A stretch of 62,945 nucleotides of DNA, filler included, from Octopus bimaculoides (Eukaryota): assembly GCF_001194135.2 (NCBI RefSeq). It is 4 parts of 4 records of this genome, joined end to end, with 100 filler letters (N's around TTAATTAATTAA, not from the genome) between each part and the next. Parts side by side here need not be neighbours in the genome. Positions count along the whole stretch, not along the records: positions 1 to 26,992 come from NC_068999.1; positions 27,093 to 44,267 come from NC_069004.1; 2 more parts are not named here. One strand, given 5' to 3'. The notes beneath the pieces were generated by a model, which did no database searches, was not told where the DNA came from, and saw only the letters and a program-made list of their open reading frames with translations. Positions 12,421 through 27,114 of this stretch are shown piece by piece. A program made the position numbers and the translations under genes. Position 1 is the first letter of the stretch. The number at the start of each line of letters is the position of its first letter.

Positions 12421-13849
12421 GAATTGACTGTGTGTGTGAGTGTAGCAGTGGCTGCTCAAACGTTCCTGGCTTTGTGTAAAAGAAGATACATGGGGATCAG
12501 TTAATTATAATTGTATTCCCCATATTCTCCTCTCAGATTCACATAATTATTGCAGTTGCCTTTTTTTTTTTCTAAGCCATGTAAAAGAACTCGGAAGTTT
12601 GGGCCTCCCACCGAGACATTCGTGATACCGCCAGGCCAAGAACATTTCAGCACTCCCTCTTATATTAAAGAGCTAAATATATAGTAATATAAGTCTTAGG
12701 GGGGTTCCAATGATTATATCAGTTGGGAAATGTGTATATTACAACAACTATACAAGTTTTACTTTGATATTATGATAAATATGTTAATACTACAAAAAAA
12801 CATTATTCATTGTTGGGGCGTGGAGTACAGAAAAGACGTTGTCGTGTGAATACCAGCATCACTTGTTAATGTCGAAATGGCTTAGATTTCCTGCCGTTGC
12901 ATTATGCGGGAGAAGCGTTTGCATCCCGGTTACTGAGAACCGCTTAATTGTTTCTGTTGAGATAGGGATGTGGTACGTTAAATAACATTATCTTAAGGGA
13001 AATAAATGATTATTGACACTAATTACTGCGTAACTAACATACGTAGTTCTCTTTTCCTGTCAACAAAATGTTTTATAGTGTTAAATGTGCTCTTATTACA
13101 TTTTCTATGACAGCCAGCCTCGAAACATCCAAAGCTCTTTAGATATATAACTGATGTAATTAATAGATACATGGAAGAGATGTTTAAATTTTTGTATTCC
13201 TGCTCAAGTTGTTTGAACCTCACATTTGTATCAATACGATATTGTAAAAATGTATATACATATATACATATATATATNNNNNNNNNNNNNNNNNNNNNNN
13301 NNNNNNNNNNNNNNNNNNNNNNNNNNNNNNNNNNNNNNNNNNNNNNNNNNNNNNNNNNNNNNNNNNNNNNNNNNNNNNNNNNNNNNNNNNNNNNNNNNNN
13401 NNNNNNNNNNNNNNNNNNNNNNNNNNNNNNNNNNNNNNNNNNNNNNNNNNNNNNNNNNNNNNNNNNNNNNNNNNNNNNNNNNNNNNNNNNNNNNNNNNNN
13501 NNNNNNNNNNNNNNNNNNNNNNNNNNNNNNNNNNNNNNNNNNNNNNNNNNNNNNNNNNNNNNNNNNNNNNNNNNNNNNNNNNNNNNNNNNNNNNNNNNNN
13601 NNNNNNNNNNNNNNNNNNNNNNNNNNNNNNNNNNNNNNNNNNNNNNNNNNNNNNNNNNNNNNNNNNNNNNNNNNNNNNNNNNNNNNNNNNNNNNNNNNNN
13701 NNNNNNNNNNNNNNNNNNNNNNNNNNNNNNNNNNNNNNNNNNNNNNNNNNNNNNNNNNNNNNNNNNNNNNNNNNNNNNNNNNNNNNNNNNNNNNNNNNNN
13801 NNNNNNNNNNNNNATATATATATAATTTTATATGTAAATTCTAACCTCC

Positions 13850-14250
13850 TCTCTAGTATATATACATCTTATCATAAGCCTAACTATTAAAATTACATAC
13901 ATCAATGAAAATAGCAATGATCCAACGGCTATCACAAATTGTCTCGTTAAAAGTTATTGAAACAAGACTTAATGTGCTCTCCTGCAGTGAGGATGTATTT
14001 GGCGAAAACAGAAATAGAAAACATTGCACTAGAAAAAGCTGGATATAAACAAAACTATTAGATATTAACTAAAATATAGGGAGCAATAAGCACAAACATA
14101 GTTATATTAATAATTACATGAATACAAACATCTCAGCTTCAACGATAGCAGACAAGAATATATGTCCACCCTTAAATCAAAAACCAAATGCTACACACAA
14201 TGTAAGAAGAGATAGAAATATTAAAAACCTATCAATCAATAGAATCTCTA
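13850..14250 (+). mobile_element. Penelope-like element ORF remnant
   Basis: Broken frame ITYINENSNDPTAITNCLVK/VIETRLNVLSCSEDVF..ALEKAGYKQKL resembles the YI..xSNHP..I..RL..LS..E..F..AL..xGY region of Penelope-like ORFs (by recall). Confidence 0.45.
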
Positions 14251-15489
14251 AACGCATCTTAAAACTTTAACCTGCTATCACTACACATTTCCTTCAAAAC
14301 GATATAATGGTTCCCTAAGGGGAAGTAGCTCTTTTTGAACCCTGAAGAAATCCCACCATAATATAATATGAATGTGGAAAATTTTTGACATTCAACAACA
14401 TATTTGGAAACACCTACCTCCTTATTTGTTTGGACAGAAACATACATGTAGGTTCTTTTTACGTTACTCTTTTGAGCTTTCAACTTCCAATCTATTTGTA
14501 ATGTTTTTTTTGTTTTTTTTTATCAACTTCATCGTTCTACAGAATGCACAGAAATCAGTAATTACATCCATTTATCATCCATTTTCTTATACTTGTTTTC
14601 CCTCTATATGAATAGCTTCAATAATCCTAAACATATACAAATGACTTTACACTTATATGATACGGATTGAACCAGGAGAATATCTTGGATTATATAATCC
14701 CTAATGATGACAACTTCCTCGAATTTACCATATATATATTTATANNNNNNNNNNNNNNNNNNNNNNNNNNNNNNNNNNNNNNNNNNNNNNNNNNNNNNNN
14801 NNNNNNNNNNNNNNNNNNNNNNNNNNNNNNNNNNNNNNNNNNNNNNNNNNNNNNNNNNNNNNNNNNNNNNNNNNNNNNNNNNNNNNNNNNNNNNNNNNNN
14901 NNNNNNNNNNNNNNNNNNNNNNNNNNNNNNNNNNNNNNNNNNNNNNNNNNNNNNNNNNNNNNNNNNNNNNNNNNNNNNNNNNNNNNNNNNNNNNNNNNNN
15001 NNNNNNNNNNNNNNNNNNNNNNNNNNNNNNNNNNNNNNNNNNNNNNNNNNNNNNNNNNNNNNNNNNNNNNNNNNNNNNNNNNNNNNNNNNNNNNNNNNNN
15101 NNNNNNNNNNNNNNNNNNNNNNNNNNATATATATATATATATATAAGTATATATATGTATATATATATATGCCATTTATAGGATATTTAATTACATCTCA
15201 TTCATCATGCCTATTAGTAAAGAATGTTACGTCCATTTTTGCATAACATTCGGACACAAGTTTCTATATATACATTTGAATGCATGTTGGAGTGTATGTA
15301 TGTATGTTCAGAAGCTTTTTATGTCCCGTTCGTTGATAGGCAGATAATATTGTTTTGCAGTATTGATCCAGGAGCCAATCTGGCCGCCAGCATGTCAGTC
15401 GCTGTGCCACTCGTAAGCGCTCTTTCTACCTACATAACTAGGTCTCCCTGTATCCTACATCTCTCTAAGGCCGTCACTCTATCGGTTAC

Positions 15490-15783
15490 GACGACTGCAA
15501 TTCCACTCAATTCTATCAACGGAACAGCCAGCAGGTTAAATTAACGTTTATGCGGCTGAACACTTGTAAACTTAATGTTTTTCTCAAGGAGATTCTGCGT
15601 GACACAGAATGACTCAAGGCTGGCCCTTTGAAACTCAGGTACTACTCATTTTGGCCAGCTGAATGAACTGGAACAACTGGGGCGACGGGTAGTGCTCAAG
15701 CACACCACGCCCCGCCGGGAATTGAACTCACGATGTTACGATCGTGTGCCGAATACACTAAGCACTAAGCCAGGTGCCTTCAC
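15490..15783 (-). mobile_element. tRNA-headed SINE related to family C
   Basis: Shares body motifs with 57873-58312 (ATCAACGGAACAGCC, TAACGT, GATTC.GCGTGACACAG, AAGGCTG.CCCTTTGAA). Minus-strand head reads TGGCTTAGTG..GAGTTCAATTCC. Confidence 0.65.
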
Positions 15784-15999
15784 TGTCTCTAATATAATAG
15801 CTCTTTTCGGGGTTACCCACCATCGGTTGTTGACCTATACACACGACAATTTCCAATGGACTAACTTACTAAACTGGTCTGTGACTGCAGATGCGTCTGG
15901 AAGTACGCATTCAACAAGCACTATCTGGGTTCCTACCTATGGTTTCTATTTTGTTCAACCGTAGAAAGTACATATTTGTGATTTGTTAAGCCAATAGCT

Positions 16000-16700
16000 T
16001 TGGATTGTGAGCAAATTCGGTTATGTGTACCTTCAGGCCCACAGATTACCCAATCCAGATACGATCTGGCAGACCTAATGTTGTGTGCACATGTCCACAT
16101 CGGCGCATTCGGAAAATCCGATCGTTATCTGTCAGTAAGTTAGAAGAGGCTAAGCAGGCTTGTATGTCTTTTACAGCCCTCTCTTCTATCGACTAGCCCC
16201 ATTCACTCCAGGTATGTGTCAAAGGTAATGTTCCAGTTGCACACTAGAACTAAAAGCGAGACGTCCCAAGGTGAATATCTAAACGTCTGAAGTGGCCTAC
16301 AGAACGACAATTCTAAACGTGCCAACTTCACTATTGTTCACATGTAGGACAGAAAATTTACCATCCAAGTCTTGCAGGATCGTCAGTACCTCAGGTTCAG
16401 GTTATTTCATATGATCTGAACTTGAGATGTTCCAGGTGATTAAGAGATGAGTAGGTATTAGAATTGACGAAAATTGAGGCTTGATCGTATGTGTCGAAAA
16501 TCCTGGTTTTGCTGACGGCTCTAACTTCTATTGTTGGTGACCTGAAGCCGTTGAGCAGGCCACCTTCTTGTCTCTACGGTGAACATTCATACAATCTACT
16601 GTTAAATCCACCATGATAACTTAGAAGTGAACCGCTGTAGGTCAGGTTCAACATCCCCAACGTAAGGAAGCGCATTTCCACTGTGTCAAACTGCCTACCT
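16000..16700 (-). mobile_element. Possible ancient RTE-like LINE remnant
   Basis: GC-richer, non-microsatellite block with only faint peptide similarity to RT thumb-region motifs; no long frame. Confidence 0.25.
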
Positions 16701-17982
16701 CTACATTAGAATTCTATATTACTATTCATCTTATTCAAACATCCCTCCAACATTTCCTCTTTTGCCATTTCAATTTTCTTAGTAATGAGAGGGTTCTGTA
16801 ACCCACTGTTTTTTTTTTCTTTGTTTCTGGTTACTTCTTCTGGTAGTCTCAATTTCAGTCTTGGAACTTCTCTTTTTAATAAGATTCTACTGTTCTTCAC
16901 TGTCTCAAAATCTACGGCCACCTCTCTGACTTCCAGATGTTTAAGTTGCAACAATATTATCGTTGCCTGCTATCAAAGCGTAGATCCCGGCACGCTCTTG
17001 TACTTTTTCTATGTCCACTGTAATTTTCGCCTCCACTGGGTGAAACAAAAAAGCAACAAAAGCAAATAATATCATAACGATGATGATTATGATAAGGATC
17101 ATGATGTAGGAGGTGATGAAATGAAGACGAAAGTCGAAAAAGAAAACCAAAATAGCTAAAGGAAATCTAATCATTAGATTATAAGTGAAAACATATGAAG
17201 AACCTTTGCTATAATAAAATTTTAAATAATTTATGGTAAACCCACACGTTACCATGCATATGAACACATACTGCCTTAGGTGGAGAGAATAAACTAATAC
17301 TGCCTTCATGTTATCCATATTTTGCAGAGACAATAGGTGTAACACTTTGGTGTAGCGAACAATACCGTATTTAGATAAATCTAATCATTAACAGAATATT
17401 TAAACATGCACCTGCTGTGGGATAAAACTCATACACACTCTTGGATCATATTCCAGGTGTTATGAAATGCAAATTGTAAGTGTGGCAGGTATGATTACGT
17501 CAGTTTAGGTCTGCAAATAGAATTATCATTTCATTCTTGGATAAGCACAAGAGGAGATGCGATTAATTAACCAGAAAGAGCAGTGACTATAAGGTTGAAT
17601 GCTGCCACGTACGAGAGCTGATGAACTATTCAACACTTAAAATAGCCAAACGCAGAGAGTTAATGAACTATTTAAAAGTAGATATTTCAATATGCTATAA
17701 ACATGTCAGTAGCAGTACAGAATAGATAACGTCATGCACTTGTTAAATATATATGGAACACTAATAACAGAGCATAATTTTCGCCTTAATGAACAATTGC
17801 ATTAAGCAGAACGCTAAGTAGGGTGCTATAACATCCTACTTATAAATAACGATGTCTTTACTTTTTATATCTCAAACAGTAAACGACGGCCATGTTCGAT
17901 ACATGCGTACAGTGATCCAATACTTCATTCTCTGACGTGTTCTACCTACCTACCTACCTACATGTCTACCTACCTACCTACA

Positions 17983-18065
<83 letters not shown>

Positions 18066-18279
18066 ATCTATCTATCTATCTATCTATCTATATACACATT
18101 CGGTATTAGAAAACTGAATAAATGAATAAATAACACTTCGTTTGCAATGTATTCCACTCTCAAATAACTTCAGAACTGTCATATTATTCGCTAATAAGCG
18201 CTAACGTATGCTATAGTTTCATAAATGCATATAGTAAAATTCATATGCATTGTATTGCCAGGAAATTGATTGTATGCAT

Positions 18280-18620
18280 GAGAATTTGAGAAAGAAGCAA
18301 CCCAGACTAGTCAATAGAGATGGCCTAATTTGACTCCGCGACAATGCACGTCCTCCCACTCTTCAAGCTACTGTCCAAAAGTTGCAAAGCCTGAATTATG
18401 AGATTTTATAACAATATCCCTTTTCCCCTGATAGCTCTCCTACTGATCATCACTGAAGCATTTTGAGCTTTTCATAAGCAATAAAACATTCTTAAAAAGA
18501 AAAGTGGTAATTAAAGTATTCGGACAGTTTATCAGAGCCAATGATGATTTTTTTTTTTTAAAGATGGAATATATGACAGGAAACGTTGGTTAAACATCAG
18601 AAATTAACATGGATCAGATT
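18280..18620 (+). mobile_element. Degenerate mariner transposase 3' remnant
   Basis: Reads KKQPRLVNRDGLI*LRDNARP..LQSLNYEIL*QYPFSPDSSPTDHH, matching decayed HDNARPH and YSPDLAPSDY mariner motifs. Confidence 0.7.
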
Positions 18621-19074
18621 TTGATTAATTAAATCAGTTCGCTAACAGTTTTGATACTTTTATTGTTACCTTTCAAATATGACATTTCAAGTGAAACAAC
18701 CTAATACATATATGAATATGCATACAGTATAAAACTACAAAACGTTTCAGGCATTGTCCATTTGATATTCCTGGTTTGAACATACGCACCCTACACACAA
18801 ACACTAATATGTACGAACATTTATGTACTAAATGACATGCACATCTTATACATAAATGCCAGATTATACACAGACGCATATATGAGTGGTCTCCTACAGA
18901 ATACAGTTTTAGGGACACTGCTATTCTTATTGGCCCTCTCAAACATGTTCTCAGCTGTTCCGATAACCGCACTTTCTAACTCTGTATATTGTACAAAAGT
19001 TTGTGAGAGGACACAGAACCCTGGAGATGCTGCTTGCAACAAATCTTAGACGCAATATAGAGATGTTTTGAAGA

Positions 19075-19860
19075 AGATAACATGCAATTTAATGCTGAAA
19101 ATTACGAGGTTCCATTCTAGGAGCACATGAAACTAAATCAAATGCAGACAGAATGCACTAGCCCAGGAGCGATTGCAATCCCTGAATGAAAATCGGTGCG
19201 TGATCCCAGCATCGACTATTAGTAATCATACATCTTTCCCGGTACTTATTAGTGAATTGGCAATAATATACAGGCGGCTTTCTGGATGGATCCTTAGAAC
19301 TTCCAGAACGAGGGAACAGGAGAACTTGATGGTCCTCCGGAGGACATATGTGTTTAGTCGCTTAGAGTAATGCTTCCGATTATGGTCACCAGAAAATGTA
19401 AAGTTGAGGGCGGAACTCGAAACAATCCAGTGAAGCTATGCAAAGATGATCGTGTCAATGCAGCATGTTAGCTACTGGAATAGGCTGAACACGTTGACTC
19501 GCTAGAAAGACGGCTGGAAGGATATGCAGTGTTATACATCCGGTATATCTTGGAAGGAGTTGAACCAAACTTTGACTTTGAACGTTACACATACAGCAGA
19601 AAAGGCGCCACTTTTTGATACCAAAAGTTGCAACATTGTCATCGGAATAGAGGCCCGATACTGCAACAGCTTGTGCATCAAGGCCCACAGATACCCAATA
19701 TTTTTCCAAAAAAGTTTTCATTAATATAAACTGGACCTCCTGCTGTCAAGTGTTTCGGATGAACCTACCACGCGGCAGGAATAGCTGTTGAGAGCAACAG
19801 CATCAAACACTTTCATTCGGAAAATGCCACACATCAGAGGACGTTTCAAGAAGTGAAAGT
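19075..19860 (+). mobile_element. Degenerate CR1-like LINE, RT C-terminal part
   Basis: Reads NMQFNAE..VRD..RRLSGWILRTSRTR..VFSRLE*CFRLWSP..LETIQ*SYAK..SYWNRL..SLERR.., the typical CR1/L2-group post-RT region. Confidence 0.75.
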
Positions 19861-20739
19861 AGCAAAGGAATTAAAAGATGTTAAACCATAACCTGTTTTA
19901 TATTGTTTCACAAATCTTGTGATAGCAATCGTTTATATTGCTTTAATATAACGAGATTAAATTAGTCCAGAAGCAGTGTTTTGATAAATATGTGATAATG
20001 TTCATTGGATGCTATTTTTTTTAGTTTATAACATTTATCAAAACGTCGTTACATATGGTAAACGAAAGCACACTTCAGCAAGGAAGAGCGGAGACATGTG
20101 TTTGTAAACTTTGTCAAGTAATTCTAAGATAACCATTATAAATGTACTTACCTTTTCATTGTGTTATGCATTCTCTTATACTTTCAAAAGCAAAACAATT
20201 TCAATTCATGGAAAACTCATATTCTAAAATATTTTATATATATTTATTCGTCGTAATTCATAATTCTTTTACTTTACAGTGGCGACACTCTATTACGTAG
20301 TTCACTTTACTTCATATGTGCGTAATTTTTATGACAATATCATCAGGGCAAAGGAAAGAAAGTTATAATGTTTGGTCAAAAGAGAAATTGTACGTGTACA
20401 TTGAAGGTAATGAAACGATACGTGAGGTACATGAGTGTGGTGAGCATGGTCCGAATGTACAGCTAGCTCTAAGAATGTACCTATAGTTTGAGAAAGAACT
20501 TCTTCAATTGCACACTTGCTTTATTGCTTAGAATAGTCATGGTTTCGACCGGTTTCTACGTTTAATCCTATGGGATTCTCCGACTTCTGTTGAACTATTG
20601 ATTTGTTGTATATTTTATGGTTTTTCTTCTCTTATTTTACATGTTACACGCGTTTATATAATACCATCAAGTCTCATTCTGTAGTATCCCTGATTTTATG
20701 CTATCATTTAATGGTTAATAAAAAAAAACTTTATTTCTA

Positions 20740-20786
<47 letters not shown>

Positions 20787-23242
20787 GATCTACATCTTGA
20801 TCGCTATATTATACTAATCATTAGTCTTAACTGCTATGAGCATCATTCCTTTCGCCTCAGCCATTCACGTCAAGCCAAAATGAAATATATATGTACTACG
20901 ATAGTTTACCTTATCGCTAAAATTTCTCCCCAAGGGTTTCTATGTTGATACAGATAATCGGGAAGATTTTGTGTAGTACACTATTCTATGTTGTTGGCAG
21001 CACATTTACCATTAGAAGCAGTTATCTTTCTACGTCGCAAATTAACGTTGACAGTTTCTAGAACTAGAACAGATAGTCAAAGCCAAAGTTTTCCTATATA
21101 AAATAGAGAGCAAAACAAAAAACGTTTCAGACAAAATAACGAAAAAAAAATAAGACATGAATATTTTGTTCTCGGCTATTAAATTTATTACCAGACATAA
21201 CACTTTATCATAATTCTTTAGTTTTTAAGAAGTACATGTTTTTCTTTTTTTTTTTTTTGGCAAAGCACAATTTTGAAATGAGATTTTCTACTATATAGCA
21301 CAATCGCAATGACATTTATCTATTTATTCATTTTCTTTCTTATTTTCGTTTTTAAAAATGATGTCTCTTACTCCCCAGTGTCTGATTATTTAATATTTCG
21401 AAGTATGGAACAAAATACTACTATTTTGCACAGTAACATTCTTACTCCATTCGACTGAAAGCCAATATGCATTATTTCATTTTCAACTGTCACTATATCA
21501 ACGAATACATTGTGATCTTGATTCACGGTTCGACACTTATCAAAATGAAATTTTTTCATGCTTAAAATAACAGTTGCAATAATTCCGGAGAATTTGTAGA
21601 TTCACACAATCTTCCATAAAATATATTACGAAAAAAATAAATGGCACGAAGCATCCAAAGTCTAAATACAGAAACGTATACATTCATATCGACATAATTT
21701 GGAGCTGAATATTTTTTGTTGTATATATATATATATTTTATTCAACACAAACAATGAAACCAGAAGCTTAATGAAAAGTGACCACAAAGTCTGGCGGTCA
21801 CCTTAGTGAGAAAATAGTTGAAAACCAATGACTGCGCTATATTTCTCACATTAGAAAATGCGTCATAATTGTGTGTTCGATAGAATTCCCGTTTAGATCA
21901 TATTTACGTTCATATTCATTCATACAAGATTGCATGTAATGAGTAGGTAACGCGGGTGTAAATGTGCTTAATGAAATGAACAAAAAAAACAATTAATAAT
22001 AAATTCATTTTAGAGCGAATCGCATTAGATTAGATGGAACGTTTTGGCCAGAAGTACATGACATTAAGTCCCAAAATCAAATTTATAAAAAACGGTATCA
22101 TAGCATGCAACAGGGAGTGAGCTGTAGCTCCGGTAGATATGCTGGTGATGTTATTCGTATGTAATATCTTTATAATTACTGAGAAAGTATATACTAGTTT
22201 AATTAAAAGATCATTTCCTGGCTGGGCAATGTTAGACAAGCTGAAGGAAAATTTAGAATTATTATCTTGAGTAACCCTTTAGTAAAGAGCAGATATTTAT
22301 GTGTGGATTAAGTTATTTAGTGGTGTTTACCAAACGATATATCCATTGTATGAAATAACTCCCGAAATAAGGGGCAAATTCGAGGGTGATAAAATGGATA
22401 TCTAACTGCATCAAACATAACGCATTTTGATGACATTAACAGTGTTTAAATAGCTCTAGTAAACAATAACTGTATAGACTGATTTAATTTAGCCGTTTAT
22501 GTTTCAAAATGAGAATAGAGTTTAAAATAAATTAATTTTACTGTTTGTTTCCCTTCAAATCTTTTGTTGGCAAAAACAAAAAGATGAGCTTATATCGTAC
22601 ATGAATATATGAATGTATTATATGGTTATATGCAATAATTGAACTCTGCATTAGATGGGCGAAAAAATATAATATAGCAATCACATACAGCATATTTCCG
22701 TGACAGTTTGTTTGATGTTGAAACTCTTCAAATATTTGTAACACACAATATATTTGTAAATCACTATATAAGCTTTGTCATTGCTAGATATCAATATATA
22801 TGAATGTTGATTTGGCTAACAAATTCTAATTAACGTCAAGGTTGCCGAATATCTCCTCAAAATAATGTAAAACGCCGCACATTTCTAGAATTTTTTTGGG
22901 AAGCAAATACATAAATATATTCAAACAATATAAGCCAACATATTTCTAATATTACAAAGGAAGCCGATCCGAACGTTCAACATCGCAATACTTCACTCCG
23001 ATTTTAAGAAGATAGAGAGGAATACATATGGATTTTGAAGGTACTTGTTGGCAATGATATCAATAGCATTATTCTGCTCTTAACACATTGAAAACATACA
23101 CTTCAGGAAAGCAGATGGACAAAGACAAACTACAAAAGGTCGTGGGAAGCCTAAATGTAGGAATCGATGTGGAGCTGGAGTAGTTGAGCTCATAAACTAT
23201 GGTGTGTGTGCGTATATATGTATGTAAGCATCCATTGAAAGA

Positions 23243-23298
<56 letters not shown>

Positions 23299-24826
23299 NN
23301 NNNNNNNNNNNNNNNNNNNNNNNNNNNNNNNNNNNNNNNNNNNNNNNNNNNNNNNNNNNNNNNNNNNNNNNNNNNNNNNNNNNNNNNNNNNNNNNNNNNN
23401 NNNNNNNNNNNNNNNNNNNNNNNNNNNNNNNNNNNNNNNNNNNNNNNNNNNNNNNNNNNNNNNNNNNNNNNNNNNNNNNNNNNNNNNNNNNNNNNNNNNN
23501 NNNNNNNNNNNNNNNNNNNNNNNNNNNNNNNNNNNNNNNNNNNNNNNNNNNNNNNNNNNNNNNNNNNNNNNNNNNNNNNNNNNNNNNNNNNNNNNNNNNN
23601 NNNNNNNNNNNNNNNNNNNNNNNNNNNNNNNNNNNNNNNNNNNNNNNNNNNNNNNNNNNNNNNNNNNNNNNNNNNNNNNNNNNNNNNNNNNNNNNNNNNN
23701 NNNNNNNNNNNNNNNNNNNNNNNNNNNNNNNNNNNNNNNNNNNNNNNNNNNNNNNNNNNNNNNNNNNNNNNNNNNNNNNNNNNNNNNNNNNNNNNNNNNN
23801 NNNNNNNNNNNNNNNNNNNNNNNNNNNNNNNNNNNNNNNNNNNNNNNNNNNNNNNNNNNNNNNNNNNNNNNNNNNNNNNNNNNNNNNNNNNNNNNNNNNN
23901 NNNNNNNNNNNNNNNNNNNNNNNNNNNNNNNNNNNNNNNNNNNNNNNNNNNNNNNNNNNNNNNNNNNNNNNNNNNNNNNNNNNNNNNNNNNNNNNNNNNN
24001 NNNNNNNNNNNNNNNNNNNNNNNNNNNNNNNNNNNNNNNNNNNNNNNNNNNNNNNNNNNNNNNNNNNNNNNNNNNNNNNNNNNNNNNNNNNNNNNNNNNN
24101 NNNNNNNNNNNNNNNNNNNNNNNNNNNNNNNNNNNNNNNNNNNNNNNNNNNNNNNNNNNNNNNNNNNNNNNNNNNNNNNNNNNNNNNNNNNNNNNNNNNN
24201 NNNNNNNNNCTCTCGCTCTCTCTCTCTCACTCACTCACTCACTCACTCACTCACTCACTCACTCACTCACACACACACTATCTCTCTAATATAAACACAC
24301 ACACACTTCCGATTTGATTCCATACTTGCAGAAATAATACATTAGAATTGTACAATCCAACACGGGGCGTCCAAAAGATATGGTCATTCTTTCGCTTGGA
24401 ACCGCACACTTCGTTAATTTCCGTGACAATCTTTTATTTATTTACTTTTTGAGAACCGTGTTCGGCTCTATATATGTTTAGTCAGTTACGCAGGCACACG
24501 TATGCCTATATATGTACGCTTGTATACATTTATGTATGCGTCTGTGTTTGTGTATGTTTCTGAGAAAAAGAGAGAGACAGAGTAAGTAAAGGGGTGTGTT
24601 ATCATGTATATTCACATACATGAATACATATGCATACATCTTTTGTTTGCATGTGTGCGCTTGGGTGAGACGGAGAGAGAGTGATGTCTAAGTGACACTC
24701 ACTTTCCTTTTCTCTCTCACTCACACACACACGCACACATAAATGCAAAACATGTGTGCATATTTATGAATGTCTACATGAGATCTCACCCCTTCACTCT
24801 ATTTCTCTCTTTTTCTCTTTCTTTCT

Positions 24827-24870
<44 letters not shown>

Positions 24871-25269
24871 CTCACTCCCACACACACACCTCCATTTCAT
24901 ATACATGTACAGCCATCTTTGACTTTCTACTCTCTTTACTTTAAAACAAAAGTAAATAAATAATATATTTCTACGTAAATTAACGAAGAAAACCAGCTTT
25001 TCATTTTGGCATTTCTGTGAGCTCACCCGAAAGAATGACACAATATGCGACTGCGAAAGAAAATTCAGCAGACGAGGCATGGCAGCAGACAGCACCATAA
25101 AACGTATTAGTATTGAGAATGAAATGTGAAAATATCATCAAGCACCTGAAGACCGCGAGAAGGCAATCTCTTTTTACTAGTACATGTATATGTATACATA
25201 CACAAACACACACACAACCACACACACACACACACACATATGCACACATGATAGATCGCTAGACACTTA

Positions 25270-25440
25270 ATCTTTTCTATTTTCTCTCCCTGTTTATTTC
25301 TATGTTCCTTTCTAACGAAGAGCGTAGGCTCGAAACATAAAAGACTCTTGATTCCTGAGTGTTAAACTAATACATCTGTTTGCTGTTTACACACCCGTCT
25401 TCGCCTTTTGGTTTTTTCGTAAATTAACATTGTATGTAAC
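25270..25440 (+). repeat. Short repeat with minimal hammerhead-like motif (Penelope pLTR-like)
   Basis: 25308-25343: CTTT / CTAACGA / A / GAGC-GTAG-GCTC / GAA / ACAT / A / AAAG. Stems I and II pair perfectly; the core differs from CUGANGA at G5. Downstream sequence matches the reverse complement of 27115-27200. Confidence 0.6.
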
Positions 25441-25448
25441 TATACACA

Positions 25449-25486
<38 letters not shown>

Positions 25487-25571
25487 NNNNNNNNNNNNNN
25501 NNNNNNNNNNNNNNNNNNNNNNNNNNNNNNNNNNNNNNNNNNNNNNNNNNNNNNNNNNNNNNNNNNNNNNN

Positions 25572-25611
<40 letters not shown>

Positions 25612-26624
25612 GAAGTATTTAAGATCGGAATTATAGTACTGCATCTTTCGTAGACCCAAGTCATTTCGTCTTCTCAAAGTATGTGGGGACGTATGAGATT
25701 TTCGCAAAAAAAATATTGGTCAGAAAATAATTTGGAATATGGATAACACATGTTTGCATCCACATTTCATCCCTCTCTTTCGTTTCTGTGATACTTTTCC
25801 GATTTTGTGACTTACGTGTTTGAACAAATAAGATCTTCATTTATAAGATATATTGACTTTCTTACAATCAATATTTCATAAATTTTCCCCGAAATATTTG
25901 TTTGTATATCACTACGCATTACTCTGACGTGTTATGCTGAACACGGATATGCAGACAATAGTCACTCTCTGTGCACTTTAAATCAACTTGCTTTTGGAGT
26001 ACTGGAAAACAAGAAAACAAATTAATATTTCAATCTAGATACGCACGAAAAGTAACCTTTGGCATTTTCTCTAATCAATAAATAGAATCTTAGTATGATA
26101 GACGATAACGACGGTAGTTAGTAGGAGGATCTTAACTTAATGTTCCAACAGTTGTTGTACATTACATCTATGAATCTGTGTTAAACTGTCAAAATACGAT
26201 AAATATCTGTAAATTGAAGCAGAGGAAATAATTAATCTTAGAGACAAAAATACACTTTCCCGATGGGTAACTAATTTTTTTCATTTTGTTAATTAGAAAG
26301 TTTTCGTTGTCATTTGTATCGCGTTCATTACTAGGAAATATATACTGGAAATGGCATTTGTTCCTAAATTCGTATCATATCGCCGGCCTTTTGCTTAAAT
26401 CTTTGATGTGCATCAAAAAATCGAATAGCAATTTCCTTTTAATATCTCTAAACATGTGTGTATGTATGCGTGTTAACACGTGTGTGTGTGTGCGCGCGAG
26501 CGTGATTACAATACAGAAACGAGGCTCCTGCTGCAGCGCCATTTCAAAGTAGAAAGACACATCAGCTTAATGTATCTATGAGTTTAACACACATATGACC
26601 GACACATCTCTGGCGATTTATCCC

Positions 26625-26830
26625 ACACACTAAGACATGAGACCAGTAATTACGGGGAAAGGAGGGTTAGACTATTAAGTCCACCTGCGCACTCAATTGG
26701 TATTTATTTCATCGACCACGCAAAGTCAACCTCGGTGGAATTTGAATTGAGAAAGTGAAGACAGACTAAACGCTGTTAAAAATTTTGTAAAGCACGACAA
26801 CGATTCTTCCTGATTACCACCTTAATTGCA
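26625..26830 (-). mobile_element. tRNA-headed SINE family A
   Basis: TGGTATTTATTTCATCGAC..AAAGTCAACCTCGGTGGAATTTGAA..AACGATTCT..CCACC matches family A in reverse. Confidence 0.65.
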
Positions 26831-26992
26831 TTGATATACTAAATCATAATTGTAAAATTGTGCAGATTATAGTATTGAAATTTTGGTAACTATATTCCTG
26901 CGGCCCTATTTGGGTACATATGCTTCATTAATAACAATTATTGTGTTTACTTTTATCCCAAGCTTTTAATGAAAATATTCATTTTTTTTTTT

Positions 26993-27092
26993 NNNNNNNN
27001 NNNNNNNNNNNNNNNNNNNNNNNNNNNNNNNNNNNNTTAATTAATTAANNNNNNNNNNNNNNNNNNNNNNNNNNNNNNNNNNNNNNNNNNNN
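26993..27092. other. Artificial scaffold-join spacer (44N + TTAATTAATTAA + 44N)
   Basis: Exactly 100 bp; identical to the spacers at 44268-44367 and 53313-53412. The 12-mer gives stop codons in all six frames. Confidence 0.92.
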
Positions 27093-27114
27093 TATATATA
27101 TATATATATATATA

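Noticed and set aside
27037-27048. TTAATTAATTAA palindrome recurring three times
   Set aside because: Always centred in exactly 44+44 Ns, so it is an assembly linker rather than a biological motif.
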